Source: Octopus sinensis (Eukaryota). Taken from it: a stretch of DNA of 64,000 nucleotides. The position numbers and the translations under genes were made by a program. Position 1 is the stretch's first letter. Each line of letters starts with the position of its first letter. Where the stretch lies: positions 1 to 64,000 of the forward strand of contig NW_021833272.1 of the NCBI RefSeq assembly GCF_006345805.1, given 5' to 3'. Below the pieces are notes generated by a model. It ran no database searches, was not told the DNA's origin, and worked only from the letters and a program-made list of their open reading frames with translations. Of this stretch, positions 40,341 through 55,045 are shown piece after piece.

Positions 40341-41145
40341 ATGATGACGAGGACGACACCGACAACTACGACGCCGATTATGATGATAATGATGATGATG
40401 ATGAGGAGGAGGAGGATAATGATGATGAGGATGATGATGAGGATGATGATGGTGATGATGATGAAGGCGAGAACGACGACGACGATGATGATCATGATAA
40501 TGAAGGCGATGATGATGGTGATGATAATGATGATGATGACGATGATGATGAAGGTGATGATGATGATGATGATAATGATGATGATGGTGATGAAGGGGAT
40601 AATGATGATGATGACGGTGATGATGATGATGCTACTGCTGCTGCTGATGCTAACAAGGATGATAATCATGATGAAGACTGTCATCGTGATTGTATTGGCG
40701 ATGGTTCTATTGTTGCTCCGCCTTGTTATGATGATAATGATGATGATGATGGTGATGATGATGATGACGACGCAGTTTATGATGTTAATGATGATGATGA
40801 TGACGATGCTGATGCTTCCGTTTCCACTGATCTCTCAGCCTCAACCCCTGTCAAACCATTGTTGTATTCTCCCCATTATTTAGCAGTGATAAAAGTGTGT
40901 CGATTAAACAGAATAAAAGAATGCCAAACAAGGAATTACAATACAACACCCGACACCACCACCACCACCACCACGAAGAAGAAGAAGAAGACACTAAGAG
41001 GGGATGGCGAGGAGAGAAAAAAGGAGGAGGAGGAGAGCGGGAGTCAGAGTAAAAGAGATAAGAACAAGACAAATAGAGCATGTCGACCGCGAGGAAGACG
41101 CTACATAACAACAACCGCATTACTCCACCCCGATAATGGTAATAG

Positions 41146-41183
<38 letters not shown>

Positions 41184-41291
41184 ATACTACTAATAATAAT
41201 AATATGTTGCTGCTGATGATTATGATGATGATGAAAATAATGATGATTATGTTCATGACAATGATAAGGCTTGTTATACTACTACTACTAG

Positions 41292-41324
<33 letters not shown>

Positions 41325-41347
41325 AATAATAATAATAATAATAATAA

Positions 41348-41378
<31 letters not shown>

Positions 41379-42027
41379 AAGAAGAAGAGAAAGAAAAAGA
41401 AGAAGAACAAGAAGAACAAGAACAAGAACAAGAAGAACAAAGAGAGGAAGGAGAAGAAGAAGAAGAAGAAATAGTAGAAGAAAAACAGCAATAACAACAA
41501 CAATAATAATAATAATGATAATAAAACATCCTCAAAACAACAACGATAACGACTATATTGTTACTAACAGCAACAACAACCACAGTTGTAGCAGTATGCA
41601 TAACAACAACAACAACAACAACAACAGCTTCAACAATGACAACAACAATATTACTTGCTAACACAGATATTTGTTGGGAGAGAGAAATTGTTCAATTATA
41701 TCGACCCGATGATGACGATGATGATGATTATAACGACGACGATGATGATTATGATGATGATCATCATCGTCATCACAATTCTCATCATCGCCATCATCAT
41801 CGTCATCATCATCGTCTGTTAATATTGCAAAAGAGCAAATGTACGACCTTTTTTAAAAAAAACGGTTAGAGTACCACAGAAGCAACAAGAAAAAATAACA
41901 ATAAGGACAGCAACAACAACAACAACATCATAAAAAACGCATCATTTATCAAATATTAAACACACGCACACATGAACACATATATAGGCATATATATATA
42001 TATATTATATATATATCTATATATAAT

Positions 42028-42078
<51 letters not shown>

Positions 42079-43143
42079 ATATACATACATACATATAATA
42101 TATTATATATATATACACATAGAATATATATGTATGTATATTTAATGTATATATATATATATATAAATGCAACGGGAATATGAACAAGATGGCTGACTAT
42201 ACAAGAATCGCCAAAAGGAGCAAAAGAACGAAAGAGAGATGGAGGAAGAGGGGGTGGATGAGGATGATGATGTGATGGATGAAGAAGAAGAGAAGAAGAA
42301 AGAAGAAGAAGAAGAAGAAGAAGAAGAAGAAGAAGAAGAAGAAGAAGAGTAGAAGAAGAAGAAGAAGAAGATGGAGGAGGAGGAGGAGGAGGAGGAGAAG
42401 AAGGAGGAGAAGAAGAAGAAGAAGAAGAGAAAGAAGAAGAAGAAGAAGGAGGAGGAGGAGGAGGAGGAGGAGGAGAAGAAGAAGAAGAAAAAAGAAGTGG
42501 AAGTTGTAGTTATTGCAGTAGTAGAAGGTGGGGGGGGGGACAAAAAGATGAAGGAGGAGGAGGGAGACAAAAAGAAGGAGGAGGAGGAGGAGGCGGAGGC
42601 GGAGGAGGATAGGTGATTTGTGGGTGCAAACGGACTCCTTTACCTCCCAGAATATTTCTCTAGTAAACAGGAAATTAATTGTAATCAAAAGACATAATCA
42701 ATCGGTCGATTCTTTAGTCGTTTTGTGTGTTAATTTTCTCTTTGTATTTATTTAGTCTTTATTTATTTATTTATTTTCATTTAATTTTTTTGTATCTTTT
42801 TTTCTCCTTCTTTGATCCTGTACCTCCATTTTACCTGCCTCCAATTGTTCTTTCCCCCTCTTCCTTACACACACATTTTCAAAATTTTTTCATTTTCTTT
42901 CGTTCGCTCTCTCTTTCTTTCTACTTTTTTTCAACCATTAAACGAATATGAAATTTTCTTCTGAAACTTCGCTGCATTTTTGCTTTTATTATTACCGTTT
43001 ATTATTATCCTTCTTCTTCTTCTTCTTCTTTCGTTTTCTTCTTTTCTTCTTTCTTCTTCTTCTTCTTCTTCTTCTTCTTCTTCTTTTCTTCTTCTTCTTC
43101 TTCTTCTTCTTCTTCTTCTCTTCTATTATCTATTATTATATTA

Positions 43144-43197
<54 letters not shown>

Positions 43198-43486
43198 TTA
43201 TCATATCATCATCATCATCATCATCATTTCATCATTACTATTATTGTTATTTTTAATACTAATATTATTATTATTATTGTTATTATCATTATTATTGTTT
43301 AAAGTATTTTATCTTCAATGTTCTTCTTGTTGTTATTGCATTGGTGATTTGGGTGTGGTATAGGTGTTTTGGTTACGATGGCTTTTTTGTCGTTAAAATT
43401 GTATTATTGTTGTTATTGGTGCTGTTGTTGATGTTGTTGCTGTTGTGTTGTGGTTGTTGTTGTTGTTGTCGTTCTTCTTCCTCTTC

Positions 43487-43564
<78 letters not shown>

Positions 43565-43830
43565 TTATGTAATGGAATAAATATAAACACCTTAACCCAA
43601 ATTTATATCCTCAAGGTGAATAAAGAGGTAATAATAATAATGATAATTATAATAATAATACTGATAATAATAATGATGATAATAATGATAATAATAATAA
43701 TGCTTATAATTATAGCAGTATTAGTACCATCATTAAGAGCAGCAAGCGTAGTAGTATTAGTAGTGGTGGTTGTGGTGTTGGTAGTGGCAGCGGTAGTAGT
43801 ATTAGTAGTGATAGTGGTGGTGGCAGTGGC

Positions 43831-43871
<41 letters not shown>

Positions 43872-43900
43872 GAGGAGGAGGAGGAGGAGGAGACAGGGCA
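40200..43900. repeat. Extended trinucleotide microsatellite mosaic (GAT, ACT, AAT, AAG, GAG, AAC, AGT) with TA/CA blocks
   Basis: Directly visible; source of the Asp-, Glu-, Lys- and Tyr-rich ORFs. Confidence 0.9.
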
Positions 43901-44881
43901 CGTAACTCGGAGATCAAGTAGCGTCTATAGGCCGAGCCCCTTTTTCTCCGCATTGCGACATCGCAGTTTTGTTACTAAGGACGTGTGATTAGAATGTCGC
44001 AGAAAAGAATTGCGAGGCGGCAGAGAATCTCAGGACGCAGTAAGAACGAGATGGTTGAATAATAATGTCCATAGCTTCGTTGGTCACGCATGAGAATCCA
44101 GCCGGATTATGTACGACGTACCCAAAGTCCACTATCTCAAAGTACTAGCGTATGCATATGCTTTATGAGATATGTAGACCACAATCACTTAATTACATAA
44201 AGAGGAGTCGGAGTTGGAATCAGAGCCGGGGTGCTAATAGTACAGGAGTCAGAGTCGGAGTCAAATTTTTTTGTTTTGACTGCACAGCCATTGTAACCAT
44301 TCTATGTATTTTTTTTGTTTTGTGTCCAAGCACAGTGTATCTAAAATCCTATAATCCAGTGATAATGCATAATCTTTTAAAGATAGTAGGTGTGGCATGA
44401 AGGAATTTAGCTGCTATTTCAAACTGGTTGTCCAACCATGTAAAAACTCCTTCACAGGCTTACATTTGTGCATGACATTATGTTGTATATGTGTTGAGTA
44501 AAGTCTTTGCTGACTGTGTGTTGGTTGAATGTGACTGATATTTGTCACAGGAACAGGAACAGTGAGCGTTCCTTGTCTCAATAGAAAGCGTGCAAGAGCC
44601 TACAGCCAGTAGAGAATGGTGGAAAGAAGTAATTAACACAGAGAAGAAAGATTGAGTTCAAACTCTATGTAGTGAGTAGCTTGCTTACCGGTTCTAACGT
44701 ACCTCAAACCTATTCAGACTGGTAATAGCATTACAGTTTTATTTAACACTACTCATCACTCACCCTTTGTAATTTACTTACGGTAAGCCCCCTGCACAGC
44801 GCTGCCAGTCATCGTATAGCAACCGGAAAAGAATAAGAGTCGGTTTCTTCAATCAGCTCGTCGCGCCCCCTACCTGATCTC

Positions 44882-44925
44882 TGAGGCCGAAGAGGAGATA
44901 ACTACTCCGAAATGCTTGCACCTCA
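44882..44925 (+). ncRNA. Degenerate type I hammerhead relic
   Basis: UGAGG-CCGAAGA-GGAG-AUAACUA-CUCC-GAAAU-GCUU-GCA-CCUCA. Stems I (5 bp) and II (4 bp) are perfect; the core has U4C, and GCA replaces GUH. Confidence 0.5.
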
Positions 44926-46439
44926 CGGTCTGGGCGGGTGGCACCATTTGTTAACAAACGGGATATGTTTTTCGTAACAAAACGCAGTGAGTAGCTTGTT
45001 CACCGGTTCGAACATGCCCCAAGCATATTCGAACTCATAAGAACATTACAACTTTAAACGCCCATCTTCCCCCAAGACGGAATGAAATTCTTGGTTCCTT
45101 ATGTATTCAATAGAATTCTAATGAATTTATTGAACAAGCTGTAGGACGACAGGAAGATGACGTCTGATTTTGTGGTTCAGTTGTTTTTTTTTCCCTGTTG
45201 TACACCGCTTCAGGTCTTGTTACATGGGTCCTTGTAACAAATAAATAAAGCAAATATGCATATTAGAGATTTTTATTCATAACCACAAAAAGCTACAAAA
45301 TAATTTCGTTCCCGATTACTTGACGAAAACAAGCGGATTTTTCTTGCTTGGGATCGTTTTAACTATAGAACGGGTCACGGTATTGAAATTACCATCCTAT
45401 TTCTGGGTGTCTGTAAAAATAAAGGCTCACTCAACATTGTATCTATTGTTTATGCGGTTTTGCTCTGTAGAAATCTGTGTCGTTACTAAGTGGTATAAAC
45501 TTGTTTGAAAAGTAGCAGGAAGAGGTAGTCTCCACAGGGGCGGTAGCACCGTTGGCTCTCTGTGCCGTAAACAGCATGCCAAATAATTATTTTCAAACGC
45601 GAAAACAGATTGAAAAAGATACAAGAGATAATGTAAAATTTAAATTAAAAGACAAAGCTACAAGCATAATCGTTTAGAGTTGTATAAGAGAAAACACATA
45701 CAAAACAGAGATTGGCTTTCAATATATAAATTTATATCAAAAGAACGATGTAAGCAGCATGAACTGCAGCGGCAACAAGACTTCTGCCGCCGCCGCCATT
45801 CTCATATCCTCCCACCACCACCACCACCACCACCGCCAGCAGCGCCACTACCGTCTGCACCATTACCAGTGCCATTATCACCACAACTACGCTCAGTATC
45901 GCCTTCACCACAAGCGTCTCCACCGTCACCACCACCACCACCACCACTACTACCAACGCCTACACCACTGCCACCATCACCACCAGCATAGTCGCCACCA
46001 CAATCATCACTGTCAACAACGCCATCATCACTACCTCCACGCCACCACCACCACCACCACCACTAACACCACCACCCCACCCTCACCCCCACCCCCACCA
46101 ATAGTAACAGCTAGAAAAACATGAACAACAACAACATTGCATCGTTTGCACATTATGTATTTTAAGAAAACTCCTCGGTGTGCGACAAACATAGAGAAAG
46201 AGGTGGATTGGTGTAGGTGTGTAGCCAAAAATAGTGTGCCATTGCTCGAGAAATTTATCTCAGAAACAGCGAGTAAGAAGTAGCATACGTTTGACCACTG
46301 GTTTGCGACTAAAAAGGGAAATTTTAATATATGTTCTCCATTGATGAATTGGAAGGTTTCCAAGGCATCTCTCAAGGCTAAAGGTGTCCTACTACGACGT
46401 GTGACAGGACATATAGAGGCCTGTACTTTGTATTTAAAA

Positions 46440-46560
46440 CTTAGTATCAGAGCTCATGACTCACAATTGTAAGGTTGTGAGTTCGATTCTCGGCAGCGCA
46501 TTATACCCTTCAGCAAGACATTTTATTTCACGTTGCTCCGGTATACATAGCTAGCAAAAG
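46440..46560 (+). mobile_element. SINE family D head, partial
   Basis: aaggttgtgagttcgattctcgg...gcaagacattttatttcacgttgctcc. Confidence 0.65.
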
Positions 46561-46749
46561 TGAATTATACCTATTTCTTTATTACCCACAAGGGGCTAAA
46601 CATATATGTATGTACGTATGTATGTGTATATATGTATATATATATATGTATGTGTATATATATATACATACATACATACATACATGTATAATTGTGTATT
46701 CTCAAACAAACTACCCTATATATATAAACATACATAACTGTTTTCGTAT

Positions 46750-46921
46750 GTGGTAATGATGATAATGATGATGACGACGACGACGACGACGATGATGGCT
46801 ATAATGGTAATGAAGACATCGATGTAATTACACTCCATGGCAACATCACTGCATGCATTAATGCCGATGCTGATGGTGGAGGTGGTGATGATGATGATGT
46901 TGATGATGATGATGATGATGT

Positions 46922-46956
<35 letters not shown>

Positions 46957-46957
46957 T

Positions 46958-46991
<34 letters not shown>

Positions 46992-47626
46992 GGCTGTGGC
47001 GCTTGCTTTTCTAGTTATTAATTTACAACAAAATATCGTACATAATTAAATATTTATTTCTTTAATTATATATTTTCTCATCCATCCCTTCCAACTGCAT
47101 GCCTCCTACAACCGTTTCCACTTTGTCTCTCTCCTCGTCTCTCCCTGTGTGTCTGTCTCTCTTCTTTCCAACACCGCCACCAACCTAACCAGTACTCCGT
47201 GAAGAAAATGAACTCCTTCACCGCCCTCTCCCACCACCACCACCACCACCACCACCATAAGCAGACGACGAAAAGCACTGCAAATATTATGATTAACGTC
47301 ACGACCACGACCACCACGACGACCATCACCCCTACTAACGCAACCGTCACTACCCCCTCTACAAGCATAATCACGACGACGACGACCACTATTGTACCAC
47401 AACGATGACCTCCCCCCCTCCCCACTACCGCAACCGTCACCGCCACCTCTACAAACATAAGCACCACTACCATCACCACATTCAGCAGCAGAACCAACAT
47501 CGCTACCACCGAGGCCGCCACCGTGACGACGGCGACGGCAAACATCACCACCCGCAGCACCACCATCACTGCCACCACCGTCACCATAGGCCCTCCCCAT
47601 CACCACAATCATTCCCATCACTACTA

Positions 47627-47661
<35 letters not shown>

Positions 47662-48342
47662 GTTCAAACATGTCTCTATTACGGCTAGAAATAGCAACCA
47701 AGTATTCCTGAAGTTTCATCGTACGCTCTTAGAAAAGAATATGTCGAATAATGCATTTGCGGGTTTTGTGTACATTAGAAAATGACGGAAGGGTCACAGC
47801 TGGAAGGTACTTCGATCGTTTGTTTTTTTACTCAGAATTGATCTGGAGTAAACAACAATAACAACAACAACAACAACACAACAACAACAACAGCAGCAGC
47901 ATCAGTAGCAACAGCAACAACAACAACAACAACAACGAAAATCACAACCACAAGACTAATACATCCAATAAGAAGAGCAACAACAAGAACAACAGCTGCA
48001 GCCTCCACAACAACAAAAACCGCACGGCTACCACTAACAACGACAACATCACTAATCACCAAAACCAACAAGAACAAAACAACATTATCGCCATTTTCGT
48101 TCCCGTCTCCGTCACCCTCACACTCACCACCACCACCATCGCTACAGCAGCAGCAACAATAACGATCACGACAATTCCAACGGTGGTAAAAGTTCCGAAG
48201 GCAATTTTATCAAGTAGCTTCTTCACAAAATATCACGCCTTTATCCCCACGATTATCGTCACCGTGAACGACACATCCACCATTACCACCTTCCTCCTCC
48301 TCCTCCTCCTCCTCCTCCTCCTCCTCCTCCTCCTCCTCCTCC

Positions 48343-48398
<56 letters not shown>

Positions 48399-48558
48399 GT
48401 CATCATCATCATCATCGTCAACATCATATTGTCACCACCACCATCAACATCATGTCATCATCATTATCATCATCATCATCATAATCATAATCATCATAAT
48501 CATCAGCGTCGTCGTCATCATCATCATCATCACCACCATCATCACCACCACCATCATC

Positions 48559-48590
<32 letters not shown>

Positions 48591-48660
48591 CATCATCATC
48601 GTCGTCGTCGTCGTCCTTGTCGTCGTCGACGTCATCATCTTCATCTTCATCATGATTTTC
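46750..48660. repeat. (GAT)/(ACC)/(AAC)/(CTC)/(ATC) microsatellite mosaic
   Basis: Directly visible. Confidence 0.9.
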
Positions 48661-48899
48661 ACCATCAAATATCGTAGGAATATCAGCAGAAGCAGGATTA
48701 CAGAAGCACAGTTCCTAACACCATCACAATATTAAAAGCGGTAGTGGTGGTGGGTTTGGTTTTGTTCTTGTTGGCCGTAATGAGGGTAGACTCCTGTAGA
48801 GTATCGGATTAGTTGATCCTGCTGTATTACTCATGCCTTTTTTGTAGCTGTTGAGATCAAATACCACCGAAGGTGTCTTTATTACTTAATCTCTCAGAT

Positions 48900-49290
48900 A
48901 ATCCCTGGGTTCAAAAGAATTGACTACAGAAGCTGGATCGCAGTAATGTACAGAGACATTTTCTCGACGGTCCGAGTTAATAGCCACCTGACGGAACCAT
49001 TTGCTACCAAACCTTCTGTCCTTCAAGAGTTACGCCTTTCGCCCCTTCTGTTCGTACAGACTCTAAAGCTAACAGAAGCTGGACGTTTGGATGGGGCAAT
49101 TTCGCAAGAAGATGCGATTATCCTTACTGTAAGTAGTTACCTATGGGATTATCCCTACCGTAAGATCACTAAACTCCTTGAGATGACGAGCACTGCACTA
49201 ATGAAATATGAGGCGGCGATACGAATAGATATTAACCAAGAGAAGACGTCAGTTTATCCGTCGATCGTCCGTCGTTACATTTCTGAGATC
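48900..49290 (+). mobile_element. L1/Tx1-type LINE reverse transcriptase fragment
   Basis: GF...RSWIAVMYRDIFSTVRVNSHLTEPF...SVLQELRLSPLLFV corresponds to the L1/Tx1 RT segment ending in the QGCPLSPLL motif. Confidence 0.65.
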
Positions 49291-49485
49291 TGATTCCCCC
49301 TGCCGTCATTTCGGAATCGATAACTTAAGTACCAGTCTTGCACTGAAATCGATGTGATCGACTAGCCCTCTACCCTAATATTTCAAACCGCCTTGTGTCT
49401 ATTGTCCCAAATACTATGAACTGCGGTCGATGTAATCGACTTACACGCCTCGCACAGATTTCCATCCTTGTGCTGATAGTGGAAA
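49290..49485 (+). mobile_element. SINE family B 3' parts, degenerate
   Basis: tttcggaatcgataacttaagtaccagt...cgatgtgatcgact, followed by a second gtcgatgtaatcgact. Confidence 0.55.
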
Positions 49486-49487
49486 AC

Positions 49488-49588
<101 letters not shown>

Positions 49589-49720
49589 CATTTATCATCA
49601 TCATCATCATCACCATCACCACCATCACCACCATCACCACCATCACCACCACCACCCACACCAGCAGCACCACCATCATCATCATCAGCAGCAGCACCAT
49701 CATTATTATCATCATTATTA

Positions 49721-49785
<65 letters not shown>

Positions 49786-49815
49786 TTATTATTATCATTA
49801 TTATTAATATTATTA

Positions 49816-50267
49816 TTGAGTGAGAGAGCAGTGCATGCCATCAAAGTAACACTGGGGTAAAATATACGAAGTCCAGTATACGCATCATGACAACCGTTTG
49901 ATAAGGGTACACTAGGCACATGCATCACAAACATATGTGCGCGATATGGTGATCTCATATTAAGATAAACAGCGCATGACATTGCAGGTGGGGCCCAGTT
50001 AAGGATATTGAACGAAACACCTTTGTTTCCAGAGGTGAATCATCCAAACCCCCAATGAATTCCTCTGAACACATGGCTATGATGCTTCCCCACTACCTCT
50101 ACTCGCGATCAGAGATGCACATATTGTTAGCCACTTACATGCTCAACTGGTGAAGGTCAAACAACTGACAAGCAAATCTATGGTCTTTTATACCAAGACA
50201 AAACAATGTACATGATAACACTTGCAATCAGTTAAGATCAGAAGCCACGAGAGCCAATGCCTGGTAC
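49816..50267 (+). mobile_element. (TAA)n-embedded non-coding interspersed repeat (family E), internally deleted copy
   Basis: Homologous to 50868-51420 but missing two internal blocks; TAA runs on both sides. Confidence 0.75.
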
Positions 50268-50287
50268 TATTATCATTATTATTATTA

Positions 50288-50361
<74 letters not shown>

Positions 50362-50362
<1 letters not shown>

Positions 50363-50845
50363 GTTTGACTTTTGCTTTATATTTGTACAAGTTGGCTCCA
50401 AGTCTCACCCGGAGACCTCAAGAGACAACAGGTTGGAAGTTCACGTTGTTGTTATGCCTAGTGTGCCATAAATTTGGTTGTTTTTTGTGTTGTATTGGTG
50501 GATGTCTAAAAAAAATGTTTGTTTTAAACCTTGAGATTACATAGAAAGTATTTTGCGTAGGATATGAGGAGTTCCCATGAACTATCTTTTGAATTTCCAT
50601 GAACTATCTTTTTTTGAATTTCTGCCATTTTTGGGTTTCCTGGTATCTGAGTTAGGTAGCTATCAGCTCCTTTTGCTATCGTTTCCAGGGCACCTATGAC
50701 AACAGGTATTGCTTTAGTCTTCAGGTTCCACATTTTGCTGATTTCTATTTCAAGATCTGTATATTTGCTCAGTTTTTGGTAGGTCTTGACAGATACGTTT
50801 ATATCGATTGGGACAGTCATATCAATGAGGAGGCATGTTCTTTGT
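50362..50845 (-). mobile_element. R4/Dong-type LINE 3' end (second subfamily)
   Basis: IDINVSVKTYQKLSKYTDLEIEISKMWNLKTKAIPVVIGAL; flanked by (TAA)n; its 3' UTR differs from the 4190 copy. Confidence 0.85.
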
Positions 50846-50867
50846 TTTATTATTATTATTATTATTA

Positions 50868-51419
50868 TTGAGTGAGAGAGCAGTTCATGCCATCAAAGTG
50901 ACACTGGGGTAAAATATACGAAGCCCAATATACCCATCATGACTACCCGTCTGATAAAGGTACACCAGGCACAATGCATCACAACCATATGCGCGACATG
51001 GTGATCTCATATCAAGATAAACAGCACATGACCTTGCAGGTGGGACCCAGTTAGAATTTTCTTCAGGTTGAGTAGCCCATCCCGCTCAAACGGTTCCTGA
51101 ATAAGGGTTGTTTAAGGATGTTGACAGAACTACCCATGTTTCCAGAGGTGAACTATTCAAACCCCAAAGAATCCCTCTCAACACATGGCTATGATGCTCC
51201 CCCACTACTTCTGCTCGTGATCAGAGATGCACATATCGTCAGCCACTAAGGGACATGCTCAACTGGTTAGGTCAAACAACTGACAAGCAAATCTGTGGTA
51301 TTGAGCAGAATATTTGCTGTTGCCCATCTTTTACACCAAGACAAAACAATGTACATGAAAACACTTCCAATCAGTTAAGATCAGAAGCCATGAGAGCCAC
51401 TGCTTGGTACTGCATCAGG

Positions 51420-51420
<1 letters not shown>
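50868..51420 (+). mobile_element. (TAA)n-embedded non-coding interspersed repeat (family E), longer copy
   Basis: ttgagtgagagagcagt(g/t)catgccatcaaagt...ctggtactgcatcaggg; TAA runs on both sides; a third partial copy at 60343-60456. Confidence 0.8.
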
Positions 51421-51491
<71 letters not shown>

Positions 51492-51624
51492 GCCTTTGCA
51501 CAGCTTTTAACGCTGGAGATGTACTACAATATCTGCTGTCCACTACCAGTGAACTAAGATAACACCTCTTATTTTTCGAGCACCTTCCGGAGTATCATTA
51601 TTATTATTATTAACAATAATAATG

Positions 51625-51664
<40 letters not shown>

Positions 51665-51788
51665 TAATAATAATAATGATATTTATAGGATTGAGGTAGC
51701 TCCTCCACAAAATATAGAAGCAAAACAAAAGAAGAGTGCTATTGTCATCAAGTAAACGACATTTCGATATCTCGTGTCTCGTGAGTGC

Positions 51789-51853
<65 letters not shown>

Positions 51854-51909
51854 GTTATCATTATTATTATTATTATTATAATTATTATTATTATTATTAT
51901 TATAATTAT

Positions 51910-51989
<80 letters not shown>

Positions 51990-52002
51990 GTAGTAGTAGT
52001 AT

Positions 52003-52033
<31 letters not shown>

Positions 52034-52515
52034 CAACAGCAGCAGCAGTAGTAGTAGTATGGTGCAAACGTTTGAGTTCATTATACCATTCAATACATGG
52101 TTCTTCCTTTCTAAGTACAAAACTACGATAATCCATCTTCTGCGTTTTATTACCTTGATGGCCATGGTGGTGGTGGTGGTTGTCGTCGTCGTGTTGGTGA
52201 CGGTAGGGTCCGGGTTAACGTACTGCACAATATTTATGGTCGTGGCGGTACGATACTATTTAAATATACAATTTAACTACAGATATCCACATGCCCCACC
52301 GCGACATCACTCTTCCACTTCTCCACTCTACCACCCTGCCACATATCTGTGGGAATTAGTACCGCGATGGTAAAATAGCTCTAAAATGTTTAATAACCGA
52401 AAAAATAGAATCGAAGAAAAATAAATATAACAAAGACTGCAACAAAATAATTAATAATGTATTTACACCGAAAGACACCCATTAAATTTCACATCAATGT
52501 GTGCCTATACATATA

Positions 52516-52557
<42 letters not shown>

Positions 52558-52577
52558 CATACACACACATACATACA

Positions 52578-52608
<31 letters not shown>

Positions 52609-52888
52609 TCGCACATATATTTCTGTGTGTGTATAACACCGACTGTAACTAATCTAGATAAACAATACAAACAGAAATAATTGAATCAAGCGAACATAAT
52701 AATTTGCCGGGTCACCAGGGGAATTGAAGCGGAATGAGAGAAAATAGGAGTATGTGTGTATTGTATGTATGTATGTATGTATGTATGTATGTATGTATGT
52801 ATGTATGTATGTATGTGTGTATGTATGCATGTGTGTGTATGTACGAATGTTTGTATGTGCATATGTATCTTATATATATATATGGTTA

Positions 52889-52972
<84 letters not shown>

Positions 52973-53228
52973 TAATATATATATATATATGTGTGTGTGT
53001 GTATGTGTGTAAATATGTGTGTGTGTATATATATATGTGTGTGTATTTGCATATATACGTAACATCAAAACATCGTTTACGGCAATAACACCCCCACAAG
53101 AGTGTTACAACAATCAAATCTAGAAAATAACACATTTTGATATTTTTTTTTTAAAAAAGGAGAATTGAGAAACAAGGAAGCGAAAAGTGATGATGCATAT
53201 GTTGCTGATGATGACAATGATAATTATG

Positions 53229-53280
<52 letters not shown>

Positions 53281-53318
53281 TAATAATAATAATAGTAATA
53301 ATAATGATAATAATAATA

Positions 53319-53371
<53 letters not shown>

Positions 53372-53843
53372 AAGAAGAAGAAGAAGAAGAGAACAGAACG
53401 ACAACAACAACAACAGAAAATGCAACAAGGAACAACAAGGACAACAACATCAACAAGTACTGTAACAAGAAGTAAAGTTTTAACCCACAAAAAAGCGCAA
53501 AGGCGCATTAAAAATAGCATCAGGGAAACACAAAGTATTTTTTTTTTAAAGTAGACTGTTACACTAACAATAACATCAACAACAACTACAACAACAACAA
53601 CAGCAACAACAACAACAACAACAATAACAGCAACAACGATGATGACATCGGTAAAAAGAACAACACAGGAAAGCGCAACAGTATTAAAAATGGTAATGAT
53701 ACTAATAATATTAAGGCCAACAACAACAACAATAATAATAATAATAATAATAATAATTAATAATAATAATAATATAATAATAATAATAATAATATAATAA
53801 TATAATAATATAATAATAATAAAAATAATATAAGGGGATAATA

Positions 53844-53874
<31 letters not shown>

Positions 53875-53905
53875 TGATATAAATATGATAATAATAATAA
53901 TAATA

Positions 53906-53979
<74 letters not shown>

Positions 53980-54020
53980 TAATAATAATAATAATAATAA
54001 TAGTAACAATAATAATAACT
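51420..54020. repeat. (AAT)/(AGT)/(AAC) and TA/CATA microsatellite blocks
   Basis: Directly visible. Confidence 0.85.
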
Positions 54021-54241
54021 GTAATAATGCGATGAAGAAATAAATAAGTAGATGAATAAATAAGAATTTTGTTATACAATAAAGTGAAGAAGGAAGGGAG
54101 ATGAAGCCGGAAAAAAAATATTCTAAATTAGTTTCGTTTGAAGTCGAAAGGAAATAATTTTCATGTGATTTAAAAGGATTAAACGAAAATCAAAATATAA
54201 ATACCTATATACATACACAAATGAAAACATGAAATAGTTGT

Positions 54242-54298
<57 letters not shown>

Positions 54299-55013
54299 CT
54301 ATACACACACTATTATTGTACACATATGTATATATTATATATATATTATATTATACATATATATATATATATGTATGTATATTTATATATATATACATAT
54401 ATATACACATATATATGTACACACATACATATATATATTATATACATATATATGTATATGTATATATATATACATATATATATTTATATTACATATATAT
54501 ATACAGAGAGTTATTTATATATATATATGTATTATATATATTATATATATATATAATATATTATACATGCATACATACATATATACACACACAACCACCC
54601 AGCCTCACACACACACACACACACACCCACGCTTATATATGTACGCGTGCATACACCGATACATACACTCTATAAAATAATAAAATGGCTAATCTAAGAT
54701 CAATCAACGGAAAAGAAGGATTTATGTCAATACATATTAGGAGTGGGGACTGAATATGTTGGTGTTTGACTGTGACTGAGTGTGAGTGTGAGTGTGTGTG
54801 CGTGAGAGAGAAAGAGAGAGAGAGAGGGAGAGAGAAAGAAAGAGAGAGACAGAGAGAGAGAGAGAATTCGGGAGTTAATGAATGTGTGTGGAGCGTTGAA
54901 ATTATTTTTAAAGGTGTAAGAAGGCCAATGATGATGCTTGAGTTAGAAGGCCTATATTGCTTTCTCTGTTCCTGTGTATGTATGTATGTTATGTATGTAT
55001 GTATGTATGTATG

Positions 55014-55045
<32 letters not shown>

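Noticed and set aside
40094-41329. 411-aa Asp-rich ORF
   Set aside because: It is the translation of (GAT)n and adjoining triplet microsatellites, with overlapping ORFs in other frames and no domain signal.
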